A stretch of 46,529 nucleotides of DNA from Candidatus Thorarchaeota archaeon (GTDB taxonomy: Archaea; Asgardarchaeota; Thorarchaeia; Thorarchaeales; Thorarchaeaceae), in the NCBI GenBank assembly GCA_018238375.1, contig JABCTJ010000038.1, forward strand, positions 1 through 46,529, given 5' to 3'. Positions within the stretch are counted from its first letter, which is position 1; every line of letters starts with the position of its first letter. Both the position numbers and the translations under genes were made by a program. Below are positions 18,674 through 27,190 of the stretch, piece by piece. The notes under the pieces are model-generated. The model saw nothing but the letters and a program-made list of their open reading frames with translations, was not told where the DNA came from and did not search any database.

Positions 18674-19732
18674 ATGAAAGTAACTCAAGCGAGAATCCTC
18701 ATGGCTATCCTATTACTGTCCCTGACTGTGATTAGCATAACACCCAGCGCAACTGCTCAAGAAGAGCCAGTACTGAGGGTTGTTGCGTCAATCTCACCAC
18801 TGGCTGGCATTGCGGATGAGATTGGAGGAAACAAAGTGGAAACCTTGGCCCTTTTGCCCGAAGGGGTTGAGCCTCACGTGTTCCAAGTAACAACAGAAAT
18901 CCTCGATGATGCTAACTCTGCGGATTTACTGATTCTTACAGGGCATTTCGACTGGGAAACAGAACTGGCTGATCAAACAGGCAAACCGTACATTACCCTT
19001 AAAGACTACGAAGAATTTGGTGCTGAACTGTCGCCAATGCCAGGAGGAAAAAGCAATTACGCAACTGCACAAGAGCATGAACATGATGACAACCCACATG
19101 CGTATTGGTTGTTGCCAAAGAATGCCATTGCAATCGCCAATGCTACGCGCGACGCTCTTACGGTATTGAGCCCCTCATACTCGGATTACTGGCTGGACAT
19201 GTTCAACGGTTTTCTCCATGACGTGCAGGGGCTTCTAAATCTAATAGCAGAGCTTGATGATGTACATGGTTTCTCGGAGATGCATGTCGTGGTGACATTT
19301 CCCGCAGAGGCATATGTGGCAGAAGCTTTCGGAATAGATGTGGTAGCTGTGCTCCACAAAGGAGAGAACATCTTCATCTCAGGAGGAGAACTGCTAGAGG
19401 TATCGTCTGCGTTGATGAACGGGAGTATCGATCTGATATTCGCCTCCGATATATCGCGACTTCAAGCAGGGGGTGAATTCGCCATTCAGCTATCTCAAGA
19501 CACAGGTTCGAAACTCATATGGCTGCGCGCAGTGTTCTTCACGGGCTTTTCTGATTATGTCGCGACAATGACCTATAATCTTGGAGCGTTGAATAATGGA
19601 CTCGAAGGAACTGCACCTGAATCAGTAGACGGATCGCTCAATCTATTCCTAGTGATGCTCGCAGGGATACTCGGTATACTTGCACTGGCAGAGGGCATCG
19701 TATTAGTTCAGAGAGCGAAAATGGATAAGTAG
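18674..19732 (+). CDS. znuA: Metal ABC substrate-binding protein (ZnuA/TroA family) with a C-terminal membrane anchor
   Basis: Signal peptide, VVASISPL, PEGVEPH, His-rich EHEHDDNPHAYWL.P, C-terminal TM helix. Confidence 0.88.
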   Translation: MKVTQARILMAILLLSLTVISITPSATAQEEPVLRVVASISPLAGIADEIGGNKVETLALLPEGVEPHVFQVTTEILDDANSADLLILTGHFDWETELADQTGKPYITLKDYEEFGAELSPMPGGKSNYATAQEHEHDDNPHAYWLLPKNAIAIANATRDALTVLSPSYSDYWLDMFNGFLHDVQGLLNLIAELDDVHGFSEMHVVVTFPAEAYVAEAFGIDVVAVLHKGENIFISGGELLEVSSALMNGSIDLIFASDISRLQAGGEFAIQLSQDTGSKLIWLRAVFFTGFSDYVATMTYNLGALNNGLEGTAPESVDGSLNLFLVMLAGILGILALAEGIVLVQRAKMDK

Positions 19733-19738
19733 AAACAA

Positions 19739-20077
19739 TCATGCTCGAATCTTTGTGCCAAGCCGCATGTTGTATACCTTAAACTCCAGTTCGGTCAGCT
19801 CATCTTGGATTTTTCTAAACGCACTATCGAACTCATCGGGACCAATCGTCCCAGCTTTCTTCTCTACTACAAGGGTCTTGAGAGCCTTCTGGCGGTCGTG
19901 TATCTGTTTCTTGAGTTTCTCCCACTCCTCACGGTTGCCATGAATGGATTTCTCCCAACTTCGACTCGCCTCGCTATCTCGCCCCAGTTTCTGCACAACG
20001 TCATTCAAGGACTTCCTGATGGTGTCGGGGTCCTTGTCTTTCTCGGGGTCTTTATTGCTCAATCGGGTCACCAACAC
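19739..20077 (-). CDS. Hypothetical coiled-coil protein with a SHOCT-like GTIGPDEF motif
   Basis: Charged heptad-rich 112-aa ORF; TATA-like AATATATTA upstream. Confidence 0.65.
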   Translation of the reverse strand: MLVTRLSNKDPEKDKDPDTIRKSLNDVVQKLGRDSEASRSWEKSIHGNREEWEKLKKQIHDRQKALKTLVVEKKAGTIGPDEFDSAFRKIQDELTELEFKVYNMRLGTKIRA

Positions 20078-20146
20078 TGGCTTCTCGCAGTGGTAGTAAT
20101 ATATTCATTGAGATACAGACGAAACCCTAGGAACATGTAATGTGGC

Positions 20147-21070
20147 TTAGCCAATTACGAGCGGGAGGAGGAGCACGAATGGCATGAATAGGAGTGTTCC
20201 CACGGTGACTGTTGTTGCGGCAGTTTCTGCATCAAGTTTGAACCTGTTTGCATAGGTTACAGTCAGCACTGCAGGAGGCATCAATGCTTCTAGGAGAATC
20301 ACTCTTGCAGTTAAGTCGGAGAGGCCTGACACAAACAGTACGGCACCAATAACAGCTGGCACAAGCACTTGACGTATTGAGATGACCTCGATCGCAGATC
20401 TCAAGCCACTGAGAGAGAAACTTGTGCCGACACCGAGTCCAACGACAAACAGAGCCAAGTAGGTCGTCACAGTGCTATTGTATTCAAGCACTGATGTGAT
20501 CTCTGCTGGCAATGTGAATCCAAGGGCGAAAAGAACTGCTGTTAGGCCTGCAGCAAGGAAGGGGGGGAAAAGAACTGCCTTCCGCACAATGGACTTCAAA
20601 TCAGGCGCGCCGCCCCCATAATTGGCGCCTATGAATGATCCGAGTGTAACGAACAGTGCCATTTGGATGATTGCGAAAATAGTCACAATCGCTATCCCAG
20701 CGTCGCCAATAAACATCAACACAAGGGGAATTGGAAGAAACATTGCGTTGTTGAAGGTCACGCACAGGAGAAGCGCGCCACTCTTCGCTTTGTCGAGTGT
20801 ACGTCTGCGAAGGACAACGAGCAAAAGAATGAAACCCAATAGATGTGTCAGCAATCCCAACAAAATCACTGTAGGTAACTCTGTGAGGACGTTTACAGGG
20901 GTCGCAAGCAGTGACTGAAGGATAAGAATTGGCAAAAGGAGATTGATAATCAGCGACGTTGATACCTTAGCCAAATGATCTGCTCTCTTGGTCTTTTGCG
21001 CAACCGCAAATCCAAGCAAAATGAAGACATAGAAGAGACCCATGCGAAGAGCCAGATCTAATGCCTGCAT
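20147..21070 (-). CDS. AEC (auxin efflux carrier)-family permease
   Basis: About 10 TMs; LLPILI, F.N..FLPIP, FPPF.A, LEALMPPAV....A motifs. Confidence 0.85.
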   Translation of the reverse strand: MQALDLALRMGLFYVFILLGFAVAQKTKRADHLAKVSTSLIINLLLPILILQSLLATPVNVLTELPTVILLGLLTHLLGFILLLVVLRRRTLDKAKSGALLLCVTFNNAMFLPIPLVLMFIGDAGIAIVTIFAIIQMALFVTLGSFIGANYGGGAPDLKSIVRKAVLFPPFLAAGLTAVLFALGFTLPAEITSVLEYNSTVTTYLALFVVGLGVGTSFSLSGLRSAIEVISIRQVLVPAVIGAVLFVSGLSDLTARVILLEALMPPAVLTVTYANRFKLDAETAATTVTVGTLLFMPFVLLLPLVIG

Positions 21071-21201
21071 TATCGTTCACCACCGGAAAGATTGTCAAGA
21101 AGTAACGAAAGAAGATACCGGAAGGGGATAGGGGAGGGGCCAATCAGACCCACTTATGCCTGAACTCAATTGTACCTCCTGAGCTTTCGAATCGCGGAAA
21201 T

Positions 21202-22518
21202 CTACTTGATATAAGCCACATGCACGCTGCACGAAACACAGGGGTCGTATGAGCGGACGACGGTTTCCAGCTTCTGTGCTATGGTTTTGGAATCGGTTAT
21301 GCCCTGCTCCAGAAGACCCTCTACCATTCTTCTCAGGTCAGCCTCCATCATCGGAAGGTACATAGCTGTTGGAGTGATGATGTTTGCAGCCCTAATTACT
21401 CCGTTCTTGCCAATCTTCAGAGTATATGCCAGCAGTCCGCGAGGAGCCTCGGTAACGCAGACGCCAGTTGCGGCCTTGGTGATCTCAAGCTCCACTCTGC
21501 GCTCATTTGGCTTGATAGAACTAGCCAGCTCGTCTGCTATGATTTCAGCTCTGTGTATGTAATGGACCAACTCTATCGCCTGGGCGAGGTTGTTAGACAG
21601 AGGATTCTTCGCATCGAGATACTCCTCATAGGTCCGAGCTAGAAGCTTGGCTCTTTTTGAAAGCCCATCGTTGAACAGAGTGAACCTAGATAGTGCCCCA
21701 GTCATAAAGGGCTGATCGTTGTAAGCGCCATGTTTCGCAAAGGAGTGTGGAACGACCTTCTCACTGATGCGCATCTGGTATGCTTTTGCCTTGAACTTGC
21801 TACCATCACTAGCCAGTATGGTATCGCCGAACATTGTGTATGTTCCATCAATGGGCTTAAGCGCAAGATGTACTCGCTCAGCTTCGACTTCAGGCCAAAG
21901 AGAGAAGTCCACAAACTGCTCCAGTGCTTCCTCTGCAACGTCATGGAGAGACCTCAGTTTTTGTCGCATCGTTTCCCAAGACTTCTTCGGAGGGATCTTG
22001 CCAAAGCCGCCTATCAAGGCGTTCTCCTGATGGATTGCTCTTGAGCCTATGACGGTTTGAATGTGTGCACCCATGTCCTTGAGAGCGATTGCAGCATTCA
22101 GGATGTCCTTGTGCGCACTTTGCATTGAGAACACATCTGGAAAACCAAGGAAATCCGGAAGAGCAAGGAAGAACAGATGCAGAGTATGGCTCTGGATGAA
22201 GTCGCCAATGTACAGCAACTCGCGCATCTTCATAGTCTGCTCGCTAGGCTCCAAACCCATAGCGTTCTCAGCAGCTAGCACGGAAGTGATTTTGTGGGCG
22301 GCAGCGCAGAATGAACACACTCGGGAAAAGACAGCAACAGCCTCTTCCACATGTTTCCCAACTGCTATCGCCTCGAAGAATCGCGGACCTTCGAAAACGT
22401 TGACGTTGACCACATCCACCTTCTTGCCATCGAGAATGACCTCTATGCCTGCTTTTCCCTCAATTCGAGCAATATGGTCAACAGTGATTGGGTGTGTGAT
22501 CTTCTTTTTGGGCATCAC
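21202..22518 (-). CDS. hydA: Group 3b NiFe hydrogenase (sulfhydrogenase) large alpha subunit
   Basis: ARIEG, EGPRFFE, L1 RVCSFC, EAPRG, L2 DPCVSCSVH followed by a short cleavable tail. Confidence 0.95.
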   Translation of the reverse strand: MMPKKKITHPITVDHIARIEGKAGIEVILDGKKVDVVNVNVFEGPRFFEAIAVGKHVEEAVAVFSRVCSFCAAAHKITSVLAAENAMGLEPSEQTMKMRELLYIGDFIQSHTLHLFFLALPDFLGFPDVFSMQSAHKDILNAAIALKDMGAHIQTVIGSRAIHQENALIGGFGKIPPKKSWETMRQKLRSLHDVAEEALEQFVDFSLWPEVEAERVHLALKPIDGTYTMFGDTILASDGSKFKAKAYQMRISEKVVPHSFAKHGAYNDQPFMTGALSRFTLFNDGLSKRAKLLARTYEEYLDAKNPLSNNLAQAIELVHYIHRAEIIADELASSIKPNERRVELEITKAATGVCVTEAPRGLLAYTLKIGKNGVIRAANIITPTAMYLPMMEADLRRMVEGLLEQGITDSKTIAQKLETVVRSYDPCVSCSVHVAYIK

Positions 22519-23360
22519 TTCTTCCTCCCGAATGCTTTTTCCAGTCGCTCTTCGAGGTTCTTATCGAAGGAGCAAAATATCTTCATACGTTCCCGTATGT
22601 AATCCTTTGAGTAACCCTTGTTCCTGAATGTGATTGCCAGTGAATCAAACCATGAATTGTCATGAGGCACTGGACCCCTACAGCCTATGCAAGGAACACC
22701 AAAGCTTGGACATCGCGCCTTGCATCCTGCCACCGTGACTGGACCTAAGCAAGGAGCATCTCGTTCAATCAGTATGCACGGATTGCCCTCAAGGCGACAC
22801 TCGGCGCACACAGGATAATCAATTTCTTCAGGATACGAGCCAAAGAGAAACGTGCTCAAGAAGTACATTATCTCATCTTCTTCTGGAGGACAACCGGGAA
22901 GAAAATAGTCGACTTTCACGTAGGAATCAATCGGAGCAGCCTGCAAGCCCTTGTACTTGATCTTGGAATCGCCGTAGACTGATGCATAGAGTTCGTCGTA
23001 GCTAAGGTCGCCTTCAGACCAGCTCTGAACGCCACCGTTCACTGCACATGCGCCTATGGCGACTAGCACCTTCGCGTTCTTTCTGACCTCTTTCAATTCC
23101 TCAAGGTCTTTCTCAGTGGAAACCGAGCCTTCGACAAAGGCGATGTCAACTGGTTCATGCAGAGAACTCTTGCTTGAAACCATGTAGAAACACTTGAAGT
23201 CCACAAGGTTTGCTACCTCCATAATTTTCTCGACCGTGGCCATAACAAGCTGACAACCATAGCATGATGTGAGAACGTATACACCTACCGTGGCTCTGCA
23301 GACATCTCTGCACTCCTCGATTATCTCATGGTCGGGAAGTGTCATCTTCGAGCGTTCCAT
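22515..23360 (-). CDS. hydD: Group 3b hydrogenase small delta subunit
   Basis: LTSCYGCQL, EGSV, GACA..GG, PGCPP, PVC.EC, CLGPVT.AGC.A.CP, C.GCRG. Confidence 0.94.
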   Translation of the reverse strand: MERSKMTLPDHEIIEECRDVCRATVGVYVLTSCYGCQLVMATVEKIMEVANLVDFKCFYMVSSKSSLHEPVDIAFVEGSVSTEKDLEELKEVRKNAKVLVAIGACAVNGGVQSWSEGDLSYDELYASVYGDSKIKYKGLQAAPIDSYVKVDYFLPGCPPEEDEIMYFLSTFLFGSYPEEIDYPVCAECRLEGNPCILIERDAPCLGPVTVAGCKARCPSFGVPCIGCRGPVPHDNSWFDSLAITFRNKGYSKDYIRERMKIFCSFDKNLEERLEKAFGRKK

Positions 23361-24220
23361 TAGATCAACCCCGGAATGCTGATGATGTCATAATAATCGA
23401 ACACCGGCCCGTCCTTGCAGGCATACTTCCACGACGTGGCTGTGCCGAGGTTGCAGTGTCCACACTTGCCAACCCCACACTTCATGCGACGTTCAAGATT
23501 AACGAAAATGTACCGTGGGTCATAGCCTAGTGTAATCATCTGTTCGAACATTGACTTGTACATGCGAGGCGGCCCGCAAAGCGCGGCTGTGCACTTCTTG
23601 GAGTCAACATTCACTTTATCCAAATGCGTTGGTGCGCGTCCCGTCAAACCACCCCAGTCAGGGTCTCTAGTAGCAGTCTGAATGATCTCAATATTCTCAG
23701 CTGTTGCGATATCTCTCATTGCCCTCAGCTCTTTTGCAAAGAGCAAATCCTTGCCCAGCTTCGAGCTGTTGATGATTGTGATGTTGCCAAACAACCAGCG
23801 GTTGTCTAATGCGTAGAGGAAGACCGACCTGAGCGGGGCCATGCCGAGTCCAGCAGCTACGAGGAGTAGGTCTCTATCGTAGAATCGGTCCATTGGAAAG
23901 CCATTCCCATAGGGCCCCCGAATCCGCACCAAATCACCAGGCTTGAGCTTGTGAATCTCAGAGGTAACACGACCCGCCTCGCGAATGCAGAGCTCAAAGA
24001 ATCCCATCCTTCTAGCAGAGGAGCAGATTGAGATTGGTACTTCTCCATGCCCAAGGAGTGAGAGCTCTACAAACTGACCAGGCATGAACCGCCAGGACTG
24101 AGCTATCTCTGAATCATCAAAACGAAACAGGAAGAGCTTCTCGTGTTCAGTAAGGTCGTACACTCTCAAGAGACGACACTTGTGGGTTTCGTAGGTTTTC
24201 ATTGGGTCGGGTTTCGACAT
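23360..24220 (-). CDS. hydG: Group 3b hydrogenase gamma subunit (FAD/NAD(P)-binding, 2Fe-2S)
   Basis: PGQF, GEVPISICSS, RGPYGNGFP, AGLGMAPLRS, CGPP, ERRMKCGVGKCGHC...CKDGPVF. Confidence 0.94.
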   Translation of the reverse strand: MSKPDPMKTYETHKCRLLRVYDLTEHEKLFLFRFDDSEIAQSWRFMPGQFVELSLLGHGEVPISICSSARRMGFFELCIREAGRVTSEIHKLKPGDLVRIRGPYGNGFPMDRFYDRDLLLVAAGLGMAPLRSVFLYALDNRWLFGNITIINSSKLGKDLLFAKELRAMRDIATAENIEIIQTATRDPDWGGLTGRAPTHLDKVNVDSKKCTAALCGPPRMYKSMFEQMITLGYDPRYIFVNLERRMKCGVGKCGHCNLGTATSWKYACKDGPVFDYYDIISIPGLI

Positions 24221-25261
24221 CTAAGCTCCGCCTCCAGTTCCGTAGACTTCTAGCAGGTTTTCCTTGAATTGGATGTCTGCTGGGCAGAAATACGTACATC
24301 TGCCGCAACCTACGCAATATGAGGTTGTGGTGGTTTCGCAGTAAGCATTCTTGCACTGGTAGCGATTGAGGAAACGATCCTTTTTTGTTGGTCTGAAGTT
24401 GTGACCGCCCGCCACAAGCCCGTGCGACCTGAATTGGCAGGAATCCCAGAACCGGATACGCTCGCCCCCAGTCCCATCAAGAGTTGGCAGGTCTTTGACC
24501 TCATAGCAACGGCATGTCGGGCACGTAAGTGTGCAATTGCCACAACCAAGGCACTTGTCGCTCTCGCGCATGTACATGGGATGGTCGAGGTGCAATTCAA
24601 GACGATATCTCATGTCATCCCAGTTCCCTTGAACCGTGAACATGGACCTCCGTTTAGCCTCGAACTTTGCGAAGTTATCCTTATCATCGCTTGAAATTTC
24701 TTTGAAGTATTCCGGCGAGTTCTCGATTAGTTTGTGTCCGGTCACTGTTCCCACACGAACTAGATAGCCGTCAGGGAGTGGATGTAGGAAGAGATCGAAG
24801 CCTGCATCAACGAAATCAGTGCGGCGCACGCTGCAGAAACAATACTCATCAGGAAGGCAGGAGAGTCCAATGATTATTCCATTCTCTCTTCGAATCTGAT
24901 AGTAGGGGTCTGGTAGATCGTCAATGAAACGCGAGTCCATGATGCGCAGACCCACAATATCGCAAGCATGCACGCCGAAGAGTATAATGCGGTCTCCTGT
25001 GGGCAACGTTTCATGAATCTCAACATTAGCTGTGTCAAACGTGAAAACGGTCTCTCGCTCTGGGAAGAAGAATTTTCTTGGGGGAGTTATCGTCCGGTTG
25101 TACTCGAACTCCACCTCTTTGACATCGCCAATCTCTCTGAAGTCGTAAAATTTCTCTGAGATTTTCTTAGGCCCATAGAGAATCCCCATGGACTTCAATC
25201 GCTCAAGGAACTCGCAGACCTTTTCTTTTGGGAGCTTTACGTAGCGCATCTGTCCAGACAC
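24221..25261 (-). CDS. hydB: Group 3b hydrogenase beta subunit (4Fe-4S); likely start MRYVK at 25249
   Basis: [39 protein letters not shown]...CP. Confidence 0.94.
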   Translation of the reverse strand: MSGQMRYVKLPKEKVCEFLERLKSMGILYGPKKISEKFYDFREIGDVKEVEFEYNRTITPPRKFFFPERETVFTFDTANVEIHETLPTGDRIILFGVHACDIVGLRIMDSRFIDDLPDPYYQIRRENGIIIGLSCLPDEYCFCSVRRTDFVDAGFDLFLHPLPDGYLVRVGTVTGHKLIENSPEYFKEISSDDKDNFAKFEAKRRSMFTVQGNWDDMRYRLELHLDHPMYMRESDKCLGCGNCTLTCPTCRCYEVKDLPTLDGTGGERIRFWDSCQFRSHGLVAGGHNFRPTKKDRFLNRYQCKNAYCETTTTSYCVGCGRCTYFCPADIQFKENLLEVYGTGGGA

Positions 25262-25325
25262 CCCATACCAGATGATGACGCGGTTTGCGCCAAGGAGTAT
25301 GTAATAAGAATGAGGATATGGACTG

Positions 25326-25346
25326 TTTATTTGAATTGTTCCTAAC
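25326..25346 (-). promoter_or_regulatory. Putative hyd promoter: GTT-N3-AAC palindrome next to a TATA-like CAAATAAA
   Basis: GTTCCTAAC at 25338-25346; the minus strand reads GTTAGGAAC-AATT-CAAATAAA. Confidence 0.35.
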
Positions 25347-25722
25347 CTAGGAATCCAAACCTAATGAAAAAAACAGGAGGAATCCTGTGAGTAACGAAAT
25401 CGTGTGAAGGAACCCTTTTATCACATGAAACTATCTGGTGAAACATATTCTAGTGTTTGATGATGAGATAATCGACCGTTCACGTCTCGGCGAATCAAGG
25501 GAGTAAACAAACCCTGGTAGATGAGTTGGCGTGGCCTTTTTTGTGTCGAGAGTTGGGATTGGATTTCCAAGATCGTTCAAGTGCTATGCAACCGTTGCCA
25601 ATCCTTGGCCCCTTGCAGGACAATGAATGTCAGGCCTTTGCACCAAGCTCGCAAGACCGCTCTATTCTCACCGAGCGAGCTAGGAGAAGCTGGAAAGAAA
25701 GGTAGTGTAGGAAGATGGACGT

Positions 25723-27081
25723 ATGAGAACAGACTCCGGAGTTCTGGGACAACGCAAGACGGTGTGCGCTCTAGTCCTAGCAGCTGGACAGGGCAGCCGG
25801 ATGAGCGAAGAAACACTGAAACAACTACATCCGGTGGCTGGGCTTGCACTGTTGGAAAGAGTGCTGTGTTCCTTGCGGGATGCAGGAATCGTGGAAGTTC
25901 ACGTGGTGGTGGGCTGTGAAGGGGATCGGGTCCAGCAGCAGATTGGCACGGATTACGCAGGGCTGAATATGCAGTACATCCGCGCCGAGCACTGGTCTCA
26001 AGGGAATCTCCATTCCTTCTTAGCGGCCCGTGGCTTCTGTGATCAGGACTTCATCCTCTGCATGGGTGATCATATCTTCGACCCAGAGATTGTGCGGAAA
26101 CTACAACGAGTGGATTTAACCGGAGCTCTTGCCTTGGCGGTGGATCGGGTTCAATACTCTCCCGATGACACTCTTGTGCTGGAACGCGACGGTAAGATTG
26201 TCGATACTGGCAAGGGTCTTTCGGTGTGGAACTGTGTGGACACAGGGTTCTTCAAGTGCGCTCCTAAGATTTTCAAGCATGCAATGGCGGCGGCGGAAGC
26301 AGGAAAGGCAGAGTTTGTGGAGTGCGTAAGACTGGCGGCTGAAGAGGGGGAGGCGCAGACCCTGGATGTGAGCGGATACTACTGGGTCGATGTTGATACT
26401 GAAGAGGATGTGAAGCGGGCGAAGCGAATCTTGGCGAAGTACACCCAGAAGGGGCGGGGCGCTTCGGACTTCATAGCCCACTATTTGAATCGACCACTTG
26501 AAACTGCGCTGGCTTACCATCTATCGGATACACGGGTTACCCCCAACATGGTCACGCTGGCAAGCAACGTAGTGGCCTACCTAGCGGCTGCGTTCTTTCT
26601 CTTTGGCCAGCTGCTGCCGGCGGCGCTGCTCACTTTCGTCGTGGGGATAGTGGACGGAGTTGACGGGAAGCTGGCCCGAATCCGGCGGCAGGCCACCCGG
26701 CTAGGCAAACTAGAACACGCCTTTGATCTACTCTTTGAATTCGCCTGGCTGATAGCACTGGCAACTTACCTCAGCGCCTTCTGGGGAACGTTGCCCATCC
26801 TACTGGCTGCTGGATCTATCACTCTGATGGCCTTCTACCGGATGGTCTATGATTTATTCAGTAGAACTATGGGAGAGAGCCTTGATAACTACGGGCCATT
26901 TGAACGAGGGTTTCGACGAGTGGCGGGGCGACGCAATCTCTACAACCTCCACATATTGGTATTCGTGCTTTTGGGTATTCCGCTCTGGGCGCTCTTCACC
27001 ATCATGCTGCATGCGAGCGTTACTGCAGCAGTCTACGTTGTCCGAGTTGGAATGCACCTCCACGCCGCCGACCGTCAGTGA
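25723..27081 (+). CDS. Fused NTP-transferase + CDP-alcohol phosphatidyltransferase (IPCT/DIPPS-like)
   Basis: LVLAAGQGSRM, MGDH, VDTG.F, WVDVDT.ED in the N-domain; TPN.VT and DGVDGKLAR in the membrane C-domain. Confidence 0.85.
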   Translation: MRTDSGVLGQRKTVCALVLAAGQGSRMSEETLKQLHPVAGLALLERVLCSLRDAGIVEVHVVVGCEGDRVQQQIGTDYAGLNMQYIRAEHWSQGNLHSFLAARGFCDQDFILCMGDHIFDPEIVRKLQRVDLTGALALAVDRVQYSPDDTLVLERDGKIVDTGKGLSVWNCVDTGFFKCAPKIFKHAMAAAEAGKAEFVECVRLAAEEGEAQTLDVSGYYWVDVDTEEDVKRAKRILAKYTQKGRGASDFIAHYLNRPLETALAYHLSDTRVTPNMVTLASNVVAYLAAAFFLFGQLLPAALLTFVVGIVDGVDGKLARIRRQATRLGKLEHAFDLLFEFAWLIALATYLSAFWGTLPILLAAGSITLMAFYRMVYDLFSRTMGESLDNYGPFERGFRRVAGRRNLYNLHILVFVLLGIPLWALFTIMLHASVTAAVYVVRVGMHLHAADRQ

Positions 27082-27124
27082 CTGGTGTCAGTAATTTTCC
27101 TCGCTGAGAAAAACCGACCATATT

Positions 27125-27138
27125 CAGAAAGATTATAT
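27125..27138 (+). promoter_or_regulatory. BRE/TATA-like promoter of hdrA
   Basis: Purine-rich CAGAAAG followed by ATTATAT, about 55 nt before the ATG; GGAG RBS. Confidence 0.5.
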
Positions 27139-27190
27139 CGCCCCGCTAGTTCCCGCCGTCGTTGTAGCCGCAGTCTGGAGAATACAGAAC

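Noticed and set aside
21120-21140. G-run GGAAGGGGATAGGGGAGGGG (and AAGGGATAGGG near 1340) as a G-quadruplex or repeat
   Set aside because: Only three long G-tracts; more simply a pyrimidine-rich terminator-like tract on the minus strand
25453-25506. 17-aa mini-ORF (GTG start, MFDDEIIDRSRLGESRE) after a TATA-like CTTTTAT
   Set aside because: Too short to distinguish from chance; no motif
25521-25919. 132-aa plus-strand ORF overlapping the NTP-transferase gene
   Set aside because: Out-of-frame overlap with a well-supported gene and no protein-like features
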